Shown here in pieces: positions 39,530 through 53,504 of a DNA stretch of 64,000 bases (its first letter is position 1; every line of letters begins with the position of its first letter). The translations under genes and the position numbers were made by a program. The notes beneath the pieces were generated by a model, which saw only the letters and a program-made list of their open reading frames with translations, ran no database searches and had not been told where the DNA came from. Origin of the DNA: Octopus sinensis. Lineage: Eukaryota. The stretch lies in contig NC_043011.1 in NCBI RefSeq assembly GCF_006345805.1, positions 66,352,464 to 66,416,463 on the forward strand, read 5' to 3'.

Positions 39530-40100
39530 AATGTGGAGGGAGCTAATGGATTAGATAGACCCAAGTATGCAAATGGTACTTTATTTATCGATCCCGGAAG
39601 GATGAAAAGAAAAGTCGACCTCAGCGGAATTGAACTCAGAACATAGCGGCAGAACAAGACAGACGCAACACCGCTTAGCATTTCTCCCGGCGTGCTAACG
39701 ATTATTATCTACTCTAGGCACAAGGCCCAAAATATGCGGGGAAGGGTGACAGCCGATTTGATCGACCGCAGTACGCAACTGGTACTTAATTTATCGACCC
39801 CGAAAGGACAAAAGGTAAAGTCGACCACGGTGGAATTTGAACTCCGAACGTAAAGACAGACGAAATACCTATTTCTTTACTACCCACAAGGGGCTAAACA
39901 CAGAGAGGACAAACAAGGACAGACAAACGGATTTAGTCGATTATATTGACCCCAATGCGTAACTGGTACTTAGTTAATCGATCCCGAAAGGATGAAAGGC
40001 AAAGTCGACGTCGGCGGAATTTGAACTCAGAACATAGCGGCAGGCAAAATACGGCTGCTCATTTCGCCCGGCATGCTAACGATTCTGCCAATTCGCCGCC
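39530..40100 (-). mobile_element. Multimeric tRNA-derived SINE (about 3 partial units)
   Basis: The unit atcgac/tccc(g)gaa(a)ggatgaaag...aaagtcgac...gcggaattt(g)aactcagaac is repeated. The minus strand has the B box gagttcaaattcc. Confidence 0.8.
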
Positions 40101-41510
40101 TTACGCTGTATTACGATATCACAATGTTAATTGATTAAATTAATATTACTGTTTAAAGCATGAACTATAGTAATAGCCTGTTACATATGCTTTATATCTG
40201 TTTCCTTGTAAAATTCACAATATTTTTACATGGGAACATAGTAGCAATATAGAAGAAAGAAATGTCTGATAAGGTAAGTGCTGTTTTTAGGGGATTGTAT
40301 GGTTTCATTGCTGCACCTGAAGCAAATTTTTTCTTTTGTACTGCAGAGCCGACTAATGAGTTGTAAGTGTATTTGATATATATGTGTGTAGGTGTGTGTG
40401 TCGTTTGTGTGTATGTGTGTATATATTATATATTTATGCGTGTATAAGCGCTTGTGTGCGACTTTCTGTTTATCTCGCACGGCATCACAACTGGTGTTGA
40501 TCACATTACACCTCCGTAATATGTTGCTTCTGCAACACAGACCAAGTGAATAAATACCGATCAAAAAGCAAGCGTCGGAGTCGATCTAACCGATACAAAA
40601 GGAGTTGCCCCGGGGTTCACTGAAGTCTAATTACAACAATTAAATGAGGGAAAATTCATCAAAAAGGAGGAAACTTGCAACGATAAATGAGATTGAATCT
40701 AATGTTTCAAGAATGACATTGATGTAACACTCTTTGCCACTACAGTATTGTAATTATGTATTTATGTATTTATATTTTATCTTGTAATTTCTGCTAGACT
40801 TCAATCTACCCGTATGAAAGTAGTATAAACTTACGCTTCTAAGCTTTTTGAGTAACAATTATGTATCATTACTACACTATTATTATCACTCTACTAGTTG
40901 TAAATAAATCTCTTAACCTTGATATTATAGTAACAAAGATATTGTTGGTGCGCTAGTATTAAGATGATGTTAAGTACCTGATTGTGTTGGCTGGAGTTTC
41001 TGACGAAAAACTGTAATAAAATAATTAAGACTTTGTTAATAGTAAAAAAGCTCGCAATATATCGTATGTTCATCATTTTTCCCACCTGAAATTACCCTTT
41101 CTATTCTACCAGAAACTACACTAAAAAAATGCAGACCGCTCGACCTTTGAAACATCTGCCATATTATTTTAAAAACTAATAATCATTTATAAGACGGTTT
41201 CAACCGCAGTCGAGTGTCTAAATAGCAGCATTTCCCGCAAATTCAAGGAACTTCTACAAAGGCATTTTCTAGGATACTAATATAACTGTTATAGACAGCA
41301 GTCTTTAGAATATAATCGATTTCAAAGAAACGCCTGAACGGAAATAGGGAGGCCATTCCTGAAATAATATCCTTATAAGTAGCTATTTACTTTAAAGGAA
41401 CGCAATAGTTTAAAAGGATATTATTACAGGTAAAGGTTTGGTTGCGCCCAAAGGATGCCTCTCATTTTATACAGATGATTAAGTGTCGGTATATGTAGAA
41501 GTAAAAATGC

Positions 41511-41571
<61 letters not shown>

Positions 41572-41572
<1 letters not shown>

Positions 41573-42208
41573 GCGGTATTTTGTCTGCCACCACATTCTG
41601 ATTTTAAATTCCAGCGGGGTCGACTTTACTTTTCATCCTTTCAGAATCGATAAATGAAGATCGATAAATTGATTTATCAATCAAGTACCAGTTACACATT
41701 GCTTTTGATAAAATCGACTGGACTCTTACCCCCAAATCGCTGCCCTTGTATGCAAAATCTAAAAACAATATTATTATCATTATTGAGTGAGAGAGCAGTG
41801 CATGCCATCAGAGTGACAATGGGGTAAAATATACGAAGCCCAGTATACCCATCATGACTACCCGTCTGATAAGGGTACACTAGGTGATGCATGTGCCTAG
41901 TGTACCCTTATCAGACGGGTAGTCATGATGGGTATACTGGGCTTCGTATATTTTACCCCATTGTCACTCTGATGGCATGCACTGCTCTCTCACTCAATAA
42001 TGATAATAATATTGTTTTTAGATTTTGCATACAAGGGCAGCGATTTGGGAGTAAGGGTCCAGTCGATTTTATCAAAAGCAATGTGTAACTGGTACTTGAT
42101 TGATAAATCAATTTATCGATCTTCATTTATCGATTCTGAAAGGATGAAAAGTAAAGTCGACCCCGCTGGAATTTAAAATCAGAATGTGGTGGCAGACAAA
42201 ATACCGCT
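41572..42208. repeat. Near-perfect palindrome: 313-bp arms (41572-41884, 41896-42208), 11-nt spacer
   Basis: About 2 mismatches by eye. The arms consist of a SINE fragment plus an (AAT)-tailed repeat fragment. The left arm starts at the end of (AAT)n. Confidence 0.95.
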
Positions 42209-42252
42209 AAGCATTTCGCGCGGCGTGTTAACAGTTCTTCCAGCTCGCTGCC

Positions 42253-42288
<36 letters not shown>

Positions 42289-42289
42289 G

Positions 42290-43260
42290 AGTCGGCCAGT
42301 ATTTACACTCGACAATATGTCGGTATTATAAAATCAAAACCGCTGACAAATGGTATAAACATCATCCTGAAGCTGTGACTGAGGAAGTATATGTGTCGAT
42401 TCTATGGGACTTCCCCGGGCAGACCGACAGGACTATAAAATCTAATAAACCGGATATTATTATAGAAGATCAGACAAAAAGGATGTGTTTATTAATTGAC
42501 ATGAGTATCCTTTGCGATCACAATATAGCGGCGAAAGAATTTGACAAGATTAGTAAATATAAAGACCTGCTAATAGAAATTGAAGAAATGTGGCATCTCA
42601 AGGCGACTACAGTGCCAGTGATTGTAGGATCTTTAGGAAGTATAAAAAAGGGTACTGAAACCTATTTGAGAATGATTCCAGGCTTACCATCCCTACAGGA
42701 AGTGCAAAAAATCGTATTAACTGGAGAGGCTCATGTACTGAGACGAGCTTTATCGCTGTGAAAACAACATCCATCCATGAATTTATTTATTAATTTTTTA
42801 AATACATATTGTATCTGTGAATTTGTGTGTGTAATCTGGGAATGCATACAATGAGCTTCTCTGCCCTAGGTGTATGGAAAACTCTCGGCGAGAAACGGAA
42901 AAAATTTGAAGAAAGAAGGCAAAAACATAATAATAACTATTGCTATATATATTCCCTAGGAATGATAGAAATGTGGGCTGATTCCTACCTAGTTCAGATA
43001 CAAAGGAAACCCCAAAATGGCAGAAATGCAAAAATAGTGCTAATGGGAACTGCCCATATCCTACGTAAAATACTGTCTATGTAATCTCAAATTTTAAAAC
43101 AAACTCATTATTTTCTTAAATTTTCTTAGACGTTCTCTAGAACAATACTATGTGCAGAACCAGACACCGTAGGAATAACACCAACATGAACTACTAACTT
43201 GTGGTTTCTAGAGGTCTCTGGGTGAGACTTGGAGTCAACTAGAACAAATTCAAAGCAAAA
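42290..43260 (+). mobile_element. Two Dong/R4-like RLE and 3' fragments after (AAT)n
   Basis: ILWDFPGQTDRTIKSNKPDIII...LIDMSI...KISKYKDL...PVIVGSLG...QKIVLTGEAHVLRRALSL. A second end reads KIVLMGTAHILRKILSM. Confidence 0.85.
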
Positions 43261-43303
43261 GTCTAATAAAGAAGAAGGCGGAGGAGGAGGAGGAGAAGAA
43301 GAA

Positions 43304-43334
<31 letters not shown>

Positions 43335-43337
43335 TAA

Positions 43338-43372
<35 letters not shown>

Positions 43373-43440
43373 AGAAGAAGAAGAAGAAGAAGAAGAAGAA
43401 GAAGAAGAAGAAGAAGAAGAAGAAGAAGAAGAAGAAGAAG

Positions 43441-43780
43441 ATGGGTTACAGCAAATATTATGCTCAATACCACAGATTTGCTTGTCATTTGCCAGACCTT
43501 AAACAGTTGAGTATTTCCTTATTGGCTGACAGTATGTGCATCTCTGGTCATGAGCAGATGTAGTGAGGGAGCATCATAGCCATGTGTTGATAGGAATTCT
43601 TTGGACTTTGAATAATCTAATTCTGGAAACGTGGGTGTTTCGCTCAACATCCTCAAACAAACCTAACTGAGGAACCTCTTGAGCAGGATTGGCTGCTCAA
43701 CCTGAAGGAAATTCTAACTGGGCGATCACTGTATCGCGCACAAATGGTTGTGATGCATGTTCCTGGTGTACCCTTATTAG
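43441..43780 (+). mobile_element. Partial second copy of the 12137-12700 repeat, after (GAA)n
   Basis: gatgggttacagcaaatatt...gagcatcatagccatgtgttga...tgatgcatgt matches 12235-12600. Confidence 0.7.
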
Positions 43781-45224
43781 TGTTGTTTTTCTCAAAATGT
43801 TTCATCAGGCATCAACTATTGTTGGTCTCTCTTCAGACAATAGATTAAATTGAAATGTAAGGAATTAAGACTTGAATTGAACAGAAAACTCTAAAATAGG
43901 AATTAAAATCAAAAGACGCCAATTTTCCTAACTTCATCTCAGAAAAATGAGTTCTTATTTTTTTATTCTAGAATGGCAGAGGAGGAATATTTCGATGTAA
44001 GTCATTCTGTTGCCGTGAATGCATGACGAAAAGTTCGATGAATAAACGAATAAATATCTTATTAGGTTAATAAAGAATTTCAAGAACTCTTTATGATTCT
44101 GGAAGTAATTGATTTATTCCTTCTGACTTCAGAAATATTTCTGTACAACATTGCACAGAACCACAATGAATGAAGGTTCTTTATTAGAAGAGCCCACTAC
44201 ATTTTCATCACCCAATCCATTCAAAAACAATTTTAACTACACAGTTGACGATCAGGATACAAGGCAATCATCATTCTAGAAATAGAAAATATCTGAAATT
44301 GCGTAGTATTCAAGTGGTAAATCATGGAAACTGTTCCGTTAAGTTAGTAGTACTCATGCACTATCCAACAATGCAGTGGGACGCTTTTCCTTTGTAACAC
44401 AATTTTATTGTATTTTAAGGAAAATACATACCATTTCTTTTTCCTGAGAATATCTCTAGTTCATGATTCTTGCTTCACGTGCGGGACAACTTTAAATTAT
44501 GTATTAACAGATTTACAATTCAAAATAAGAAATTGTAATCTAATCCCAGAAAAAATCGCTGGATACTTTAGATAAATATTCAATATCTGTTGATAATGGT
44601 GTCTATTTTAGCCACAAGATTAGCAGTTTTGTACAAAACGATTACTGGATTTCATCGACAGGAGTATTTGATTGACATCAAAAGGGGAAAAGTCAAAGTT
44701 GACCTCTGCATGATTTGATCGCAGAAATGTAAATCCAGAACAGTTATTGCAAAGCCATTTTTCGAACTATGGTTTTTGATAAGATGATTGCTACATTATT
44801 TTCGTATTCAGAAAAGAATCATATAATTTTTTTGTGAATTGTTAAATTTTTCTCTCCAAGTATGTACAGGCGATTTTTTTCCCGAAGGAACTTCAATAAT
44901 GATCCTAGCTTTCGCATGTCCGAGACTCTCAATTAACAAGTATTACCATGCTCAGATAAAGAAGTCTGTTTTCCAGTATAACAGGATTTCCTATTATTAA
45001 CAGCTTTTGCAAATGAATACATTGAAGTCAGAATTGATTAAAGGATTGTACATTATAATGAAAGCCGCCTCTGAGCATAGTCTGTCCATTCATAGTCACC
45101 GTATGTTTCTCCTATTTTTCCGGTTTCAAGACGATAGCTGCATAACGCATTGGTTCTTAATTCTCTCGCTCGTTCTTCTGAGAGCAATATTAGAAATGAT
45201 AATAAACCTTTATTTTATCAAAAG

Positions 45225-45620
45225 TCAGGCGGTGAGTTGGTAGAATACCTAGCATGCCGGTTGAAAAGCTACCGTCTCTCTCCGCCTTCTGAGTTCAAAT
45301 TCAACCGTGGTTGGCTTTGCCTCCAACATTTCACGTCCAATGAAATATGTACCTGTTGAGCATTCGAGCAGATGCAATCGACTTACTACATTCCACAGAA
45401 TTGCTGACCTTGCTCCAAAATTCTATATTAATATCAGCGTGTTTATATTACTAAAAAGCAGGCGGCGAGCTGGCAGAATCGTTAGTATGGTGAGCGACAT
45501 GCATAGTGGTATTTCTTCCGCACTTTAACAAAGGTCACCTTGGCCTTTTATCCTGCTTGGGTCAATAGATCAAAGCAGTAGTCTAGTCTGGGGTCGATGC
45601 AATCAATTTGTATCCTCGCT
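45225..45620 (+). mobile_element. Two decayed tRNA-derived SINE heads in tandem
   Basis: ggcggtgagttggtagaa...ctgagttcaaattc and ggcggcgagctggcagaatcgttag. Confidence 0.65.
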
Positions 45621-46494
45621 TCAAAATTTATGGTTTTGAACTGGGTAAAGGACTGCCGTCCCGTTCAAGAGAGTGCGGTGATCTCGGTCACTTATACGCC
45701 ATGGAAATCGAGTAACCGGTCTTATGAGTTCTCAAATTATTGAAATATATGAAACGATATTACATAAATGACTTATGTTCTTTATCAAATGCTACTTTAA
45801 GTCAGTGGGAAATTGATGCAATAGAAATATATAGGGCCTCGTTTTGTATTCATTCCTACAGGATTCTTCACATTTGAATGAATTAAAAGAAATGTAGCTT
45901 ACCGCACATATATTGTAATTATGGTACTTAAAGTATTCAATGCAATACTCGTCAATTCCTTGGAAGCACTTGTAAAATTTATTGTAAGACCTGGAAAATA
46001 AGAATTTATCAAGAAATAGCATATAAAATCACCTGAAATATCTTTTATAAGGTGTACATTTTACGTTCTGAGAGATTTAGATTTAATGTTCTTTTGTGTC
46101 ACACATTTAGATTGTACATTTCTTGAGTTTATAAAGTATGCAAGTATAATTCGGTAATTAACCTTTGTTCAACAGCAACCTATCTAGAAAGGAAGGCGTT
46201 ACGCAGCATCCACTGCCGAAAGAAATGAGATGATTTGGCGCAAATATTTGGACAGAGTCGACTTGGCGCATCTCATTGCGCATTCAGCCTGTATTGGTTA
46301 ACGTATGTTTTCTGGCTGAAGGCAAATATACACCTGCTTGCGCAGAAAAATATCCGCTTAGGGATGGAAAATGTACTATCTTTCCAGGTGTTAATGGACA
46401 GGGAGATGTTAAATATGATTGTATACGCGGATTGGTGCATCTCCAGCTGCCATCTTATTTTTACTTTCGCCCATTGGTTTGACGAAGTTACAAA

Positions 46495-46529
<35 letters not shown>

Positions 46530-47894
46530 CAATAATATTAAGGAATGGCCTTAATAATCCATTCAACTCACTTAAACGAGCAGCTAAACTCAAACCGCTA
46601 AATAGTAGTAATTCAGAAATCAAAGAAAAATTAAAAACATTTACCCTAATCATCGTTGGACAATGCATTGTTTCGACGTACTTTTTGGTAAACCAGCCTA
46701 ACTAAATTAAATTAAATTTAATCAAGTCAATCTACCACTGGCCCGTCTCATCGGCAAAGAAGCCAGGAGGAATAAATATTCCACGAGGCAACAGCATCGA
46801 TGCCTTGGGAATATATACTCTAAATTTTCAAAATCTACCGTCATCGCGCCAAATTTCTCACTAGACCGCTGGTGGCGAAAACAATTTCTATTGAATTTTT
46901 TGCTAACCTTATATTGATATATATATATATATATATGTATGTATATATATGCACTCACACACATGAGTATAGATGTGTGTATGCCAATAAGTAAATAAAT
47001 AATAAATCAAACATACCAGCAATGAGGGTCCTCTTTAAAAGTCAGGTTATAAGAGTGAGGGCAATGCTGCCATGCCAACTTTTCGCAATCCACCGCGACA
47101 GCGCCACCTAAAGAACAGCGAATAATGTTCTCACTTACTTGAACTAAATCGGATCTGTTTCATCTCAATTTCTTTATTTCTAGTAGTTAAATGATTGTTT
47201 TTAGTATTTTACAATGAAGATGGAGAGGTAGCGGTATCATTAGCACACCGGTGTAAATACTTTGTGTCATTTCGTCCGTTCTTAAGTCAAGAGGGGGAAT
47301 CCCTATATGTCAATTTTACGTTTCATCCTTCGGGTTGATAAAATCGATATCAGTCGAACACTGTTGTCGATGCAATCATCTAGACCACTCCCATCACAAA
47401 TTTTTCTTCGTTTAGCTAAAAACGGATTATATCTTACAATATAAACAACATTCTGGCCGAATTATTAATGCCCGAAATAAAACGCATAACGACATTCCTT
47501 CTGACTATAAGTGGTGAGGTCACATTCTGTTCGAGGCTGACTTTGCTTTTAATTCTGTCGGAGCCGATAAAATAAGTACCACTTCAGTATTGGGAACCAT
47601 GTTAATCGACTATACTCATCCAACAAAATTCCCGCCCTTGATAATATAATAAAAAAATAGAAAGAATTATATATGTGCGTAGATTTCTCCATCAGCGAAT
47701 AAATATTTGTCCATTGTATATTCGAATAGAGCTAGTGTCTCATAGGCTTTGCGATGTTGCAATCTATATCTAAAATTATCAATAATTGCAAAAACTCTTT
47801 CGGTTTAGATTAAATGAAGTTTATATATAATGTTTGTTTTGGGGGTGGGGCGTAGTAGCGAAAGGGCTTTGCAATCTACCTATTGTTTTACCTG

Positions 47895-47940
47895 TATTTC
47901 TGGATGAGGCGTCTTTATTTGTTTTACCCAGCATTTAAGC

Positions 47941-48000
<60 letters not shown>

Positions 48001-48046
48001 GCTTAAATGCTGGGTAAAACAAATAAAGAGGCCTCATCCAGAAATA
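47895..48046. repeat. Palindrome: 49-bp arms around about (TA)27
   Basis: 47895-47943 and 47998-48046 are reverse complements with one mismatch, and the centre is self-complementary. Confidence 0.95.
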
Positions 48047-48048
48047 TA

Positions 48049-48079
<31 letters not shown>

Positions 48080-48481
48080 CATATATACAGGGGTGCTATA
48101 TCAGAACCTGCATCGCTAAAAATACAAGTCAAAATATTTCTAATCTACAGAAGATTCAGAAAATTAATACACGCAAGATCGGAAAAAAAACTTAGTGAAC
48201 AAGATTAACGTCCTACCTACGACAAGTGTGCAAGAGGAATGCCAGTTAATTTGATATCATTGCTTCGAATTTTACGCGAAACGTTGCCCGAATCTCCTCA
48301 CCCAAACATGCTAGTGAAGACTAGTAGAATTTGCCCTTACTATGCCTATAAATTCATTTGAAGTGGTCAAACACCATTTAAGCAAATGAAATGCGTGAAA
48401 TTATTTTTAGGTAAATATGAGAACGATATCTTAAAAAACACAACTGCTGGTGGCTACAAGCATAAGCTATACAAGCAAATT

Positions 48482-48539
<58 letters not shown>

Positions 48540-50117
48540 TAAAACTTATTAATTTGACTATACTCGCACCTATCAACGCTACAGTGAGGACTGGATGTCT
48601 TTAAAGTGGCACCATTACTGGCCAAGTAACTCACAAGAGGATGGGATTGAGAATGTGACAAAGAGAGACAAACAGACAGAAGCAGGTGCTCAAACCTAAG
48701 AAAATGAGATGACAAAAGAACAATTGGTTAGCTTATCGAGTTCCTTCTCCTACAGCCGTTTCTGTTATAAAATGCTTTTGAGCTGAGTTTCTGAAGAATG
48801 CTATATCTTCATCAGAGCCTCGAATATGAAGTGAAATTTATTTTTATTCCTTATCTTGTTTTCCGATTACTGCTCTGTACATGACTTACTCTACATTGTG
48901 AAGCATGTGTAAATCGAATTCTACACCAGGTTGTTAGTCTCACAGTAACTAAGCGAAATTATATAACGCAAAAACACCCATCAGTAAGACTTTTATCAGC
49001 TATTATACACTCCGGAACACAAACATACTCCCACACATATGTTTGTGTGAATATATGTATGTGTGTGTGAATGTGTATGTGTGTGCTTGTGTGTGTGTAT
49101 GTGTGTGTGTGAGTGTGTGTGTCTGTGTGTGCGTGTGTGTGTTTGTGTGTGTGTGTGTGTGTGTGTTTGTATGTGTTTGTTCATGGGATCTTCTGAATTA
49201 GTGCAGATACTAAATATTATTCACCAGAACATTGTCAGAAATACTTATTTGATAATAAAGGAAGAGCTTCAAGAATCGAATTTATATTATTTCGAAACCT
49301 GATAGGAAAAAAAGAAAACACGAGTGAAACAAATGTAATAGGTTATATAGGCAAAAAGAAGTTTAACAACGGTGAATAAAAGTAGGTTTAATTTACGTGA
49401 GCTTTTGATTGGTCACCGAATAATTTCAGAAAAGCTATGACATCTCTGTTCATCTTTGTATTTGCAATACACAAATATTCCGGATGTGGCTGACAGCAGA
49501 ATCTGTAGATATTTATTGATTATCATCAATGACCTATCTATCTACATGAAATCTTTGATTTTTTGGCTCCAGTTTGCCGTTTGTTCAGCACCTTAAGGCT
49601 AAAGCTTTGAACCCATCAAGCCGAGATACATTGATCCTTTGTCCTTGTAAGTTTCTCCGGTTCCCAATTGGCTGTTGTAATACTGATCCTTTTCTTTTTC
49701 TTTTTTTTTCTTCATAACAGAGCTAAGTTTTTAGACCACAAAACATTAAACTGTTTTCAATATATCTACAGAGGTAAGCCGGTGACATATAAATAAGTAG
49801 TTTACCATAACTATCACAAAGGTCATTTAATCACTGTCTTTAATATCATATATTGATCCAAGTAAAAACATCTGCTATTGCCCTCCACATCATTTCTACT
49901 GAATAGAATTGAACGTATATGGATGATATTATAATATTTCCCAACATCTTTTCTTTTACTCTTGTGATAAACCTATCTGTTAGCTTACATTCCATTATCA
50001 ACCACCGCTGAATTCTTAATGTCCATCATCCGTTATACCCGTTACAATGAGAAACGACAGACGAATTCGATGACCTTTTTGTAATCAATGAATGCCCTGT
50101 ATAGTGATGCATTATAT

Positions 50118-50170
<53 letters not shown>

Positions 50171-50821
50171 TAAAATATTCATTGACAGAAAAGTTTAATA
50201 ATACAAGATTTACTAAACATAAACTCACACGCACTTATATACACATACGTAATCTATACGAAATGACAGGCTTCTCGAATTTCTTAAGCAGCTGATTTCT
50301 AAGCAGATAAACAATTAGATTTAGAAATAATTAAGTAGATAGAATGATAGATATAGTGATACATATGCAGAAGGGTTTATTCCTAGTTAAGTATTAGGAT
50401 CACTGTCTAAATGATAAAAATGCAGTAAATATGGAGCAATATTGCTATGGATACTTACCAATAAATAAAAGAGGAATAACTATGAAAAGCAACATAGTGG
50501 ACGTCTCTGGTGCATTCAGCGGTCTTGGCAGAATGTTTCTTCAAACCTATCTAAGTTATATCATTTATATCCCGCCACATCTAGTAACATTTTATCCCCC
50601 ACCCCCCGTAAAGGAATATATAAATTCTATGTATGTAACTTAGACGAAATATTTCCACTATGATTTTCAAACCATATAATAAAAAAATGACACGCGAAAG
50701 TTTTTTATGTTATGCTGTCTTTTATGGCATCATTATAAATTCAAGACAAAGTACAACGCAGGTGGTTTGAATTGATATATACCTATATAACAATAAATAA
50801 TATATGTACATGTACACATGT

Positions 50822-50857
<36 letters not shown>

Positions 50858-53504
50858 CATTTTCACTGTCTTTCTCTCTCTCTCTCTCTGTTTGCCTCAT
50901 TCACACCCTCATTCTCCTCCCTCTCCGTCTTAATATATGTGTGGGCGTTTCTCTGTTTATGTACGACGTTCGTAAATATTTACCAAACATACACTTCCCT
51001 GCAAAATCCTATATACTGGTAGGGGCAAGGCACGATGGAATGGAGATTCTACTCAAAAGAGGAGGCGTTGCCGAGTTCTGGTCATTCAGGAAGTGAGCGA
51101 AGAAAATTATGCCAAAATATTCCAACTGGCATTTCCGCAGTGACCAGCGTTTGGCAGTGAGCAACGTGGCAGAGCTTTCTCCAGAGATGCTTCAGGTGGA
51201 TTGCAATATGGCGTATAGTTGCTCTTAGATCCACCTTCATCATCAGGTCCGTATGAGATCTCCTGCCTTCTAGTTCAAATCGACTAAAACAAGTAATCAA
51301 AAGGAATTACTGAAGGATGTCATGCGACTAAAATTTATCAATCGATTAAAAAATATTTTCCACCTCAATTAGAAATATATTGAAATAGTTCGTTTTTCAT
51401 AAAAACCATGGCAGGCTGAAGTCTAAGGAACGTAGGAGAGTTTTAAAATACCAGGTCCAAAAACATCTATGGCCATTTCGGGAGTTCACTTCCGCAGTCC
51501 GATTGTGAGTTAAAGTGCATCTGGGCAATGACCCCCTCATCAGAATGAGCAGGAATTTCACAACCAAATCGTTCACAAGAGTTACAAAACGGGTGCAAAA
51601 GCTTAAACATAATAACCTATAGCAGGACCAGTCCAAAATTTTCTAAAACAAAACAAAAAATAGATTATTTTATTTTATGCCAAAAATGAATGCGGTTGTT
51701 AATCACGTGAATTTTCTATTCGGCTTCAAAACCCACATATTTATATATGCATCTGCATATTTGCTCGTCAGTGCATGTATTACTATATATGGGCGTGCGT
51801 ATAACATTGTATGTATCTATGTATAGGGTACATTGTTCCACTGCAAATTTCTTTAGCTTCTTGATATGTAACTTATAAACACAAAGGAAACTTGCATTTG
51901 TCATATGTTTTTCCTGCTTATGTGCCGTAGAATATTAGAACGTAACTAGATCTTTCCTTTATATCCGCTAAGTACTCTCACGTTTTTGTAGTAAAGAATA
52001 GTGGTAAAACGCACAGCATTTGCTGATAGTTTAATTATTCTTTTCCCAATACTTTCGACGTTCATAAACTAAACTATGTCCTAACTTCTACACTATAATG
52101 TATATTATCTCCTAATTTTCATATGGCTAATACGATAGGAGACTGAATTTTATATCTAAAGTTCTATATCTTCACATGGCAACCATTACTGACAATATAA
52201 AATCTCGTAATTAAATAACGCCCGGGTGTTGTAAGGGTATTGTCATCAAATACACATGTGGATCACACGTATTTAGTCTCTGAGATAAATTTATTTTTCC
52301 TATATATCTGGTATACAAGCCTATAGAAGCCTACAACATAGTCTGCACTATCGAATTCGCCAAGTCTTTTGAAGGACTGTCGAATAAAACCTTTGCACAA
52401 TCACACTTAATTCCATGTCATTTTATGACGGTTTTCTGACTTACAATATTCATCGCGTGAAATTGTTCGCTGAAACAGGTCCTTTGCTATTTTTGGCATT
52501 TTGCCAATAATAAGCTGATGCACAGTTTTTATTTCTCGACTTTTATTAATACTTAACTACTTAATGAGCAAGTGTTATCAAAGTCGATCCCTTTCTAATC
52601 CAGTTCTCATTTGGATCTCAGTTTGTTTGTTTCTTATTTATTATAAAGAGACCCACGAGATAAAACCAAATTTCATCATATTGTCTTCTATGCCTTCATC
52701 TGAAAAGCTCTTGGTCGTTGGTGATAACAATTTCGAAATGCATTCATGAAACATGGCAATATCGAATTTAATGTAACCATGGCCAGTTCTCTTTTCCGAA
52801 AAATGATAGTGCAATGTATTCAAAGACTGTGGTTAGTTGTATTTCACGTTCACCCGAAGTTATATGGGTTCAAATATGTTTCACACATATTTCATTTCCA
52901 AACATCCATTTCCAATGCAGTTTGCAATGGAGAAGAATTGTGCAATAGCTGCCAAAATAACATCAGTTTTTTTTTTCATAGTGCCCCCTTCTGCCAACGA
53001 AGGCTTTTCCAGCCGTCTGTTTGATTTGCTGATCTTCTTTAGTCAACAAACTAATATATTATGATATGTTATGTTGTTTAAGTATCTGAATAGTAAATTT
53101 GTTTTGTTTTTAATATAAGTATACTGCTCGCCAATATTCCTCTATACTATTTCCATGTTGTTTCTAGTACATATGAGCTTATCATTTGAATCAAAGAAAA
53201 TGAAGTTATTTTTCTTATCATTCAATAGTCCTACTATATTATTTAACAGTGAAATATATTAGTATCAATAATTTTAACTTATTGGCCATAGTCTAGGTGT
53301 TCTAATTCAAACATTTCCATTTGTTTATTTTCTGTCAAACAGTTTCGTATTTTTCTTCTTGTTATATGAATCAATATCAAGCCATCACGTGCGTACATCA
53401 AATAACATTTCGAAATGGCGGGAAAAATTCCTTTTCTTATGTTTTATAATGATAGCAGGATCATATTGTTTTGTTGGCTAGCATATGATCTATAGTGGAG
53501 TCAC

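Noticed and set aside
40978-41010. Orphan minus-strand exon candidates (40978-41010, 57574-57623, ATG|gtgagt at 60229-60231, YRLQHRKAYETLALFEY... near 47670-47770)
   Set aside because: Each has decent splice signals, but they cannot be chained into one ORF or linked in phase to the Cys-rich gene. Such sites arise by chance in AT-rich DNA and need RNA-seq.
51000-51650. Possible DNA-transposon remnants here and at 58500-59500
   Set aside because: No clear catalytic motif or TIR pair could be confirmed by eye.
52560-53060. Overlapping short ORFs with RT-like spacing (MHFE...RRQYDEIWF)
   Set aside because: Multiple stops and only suggestive similarity to PLE RT.
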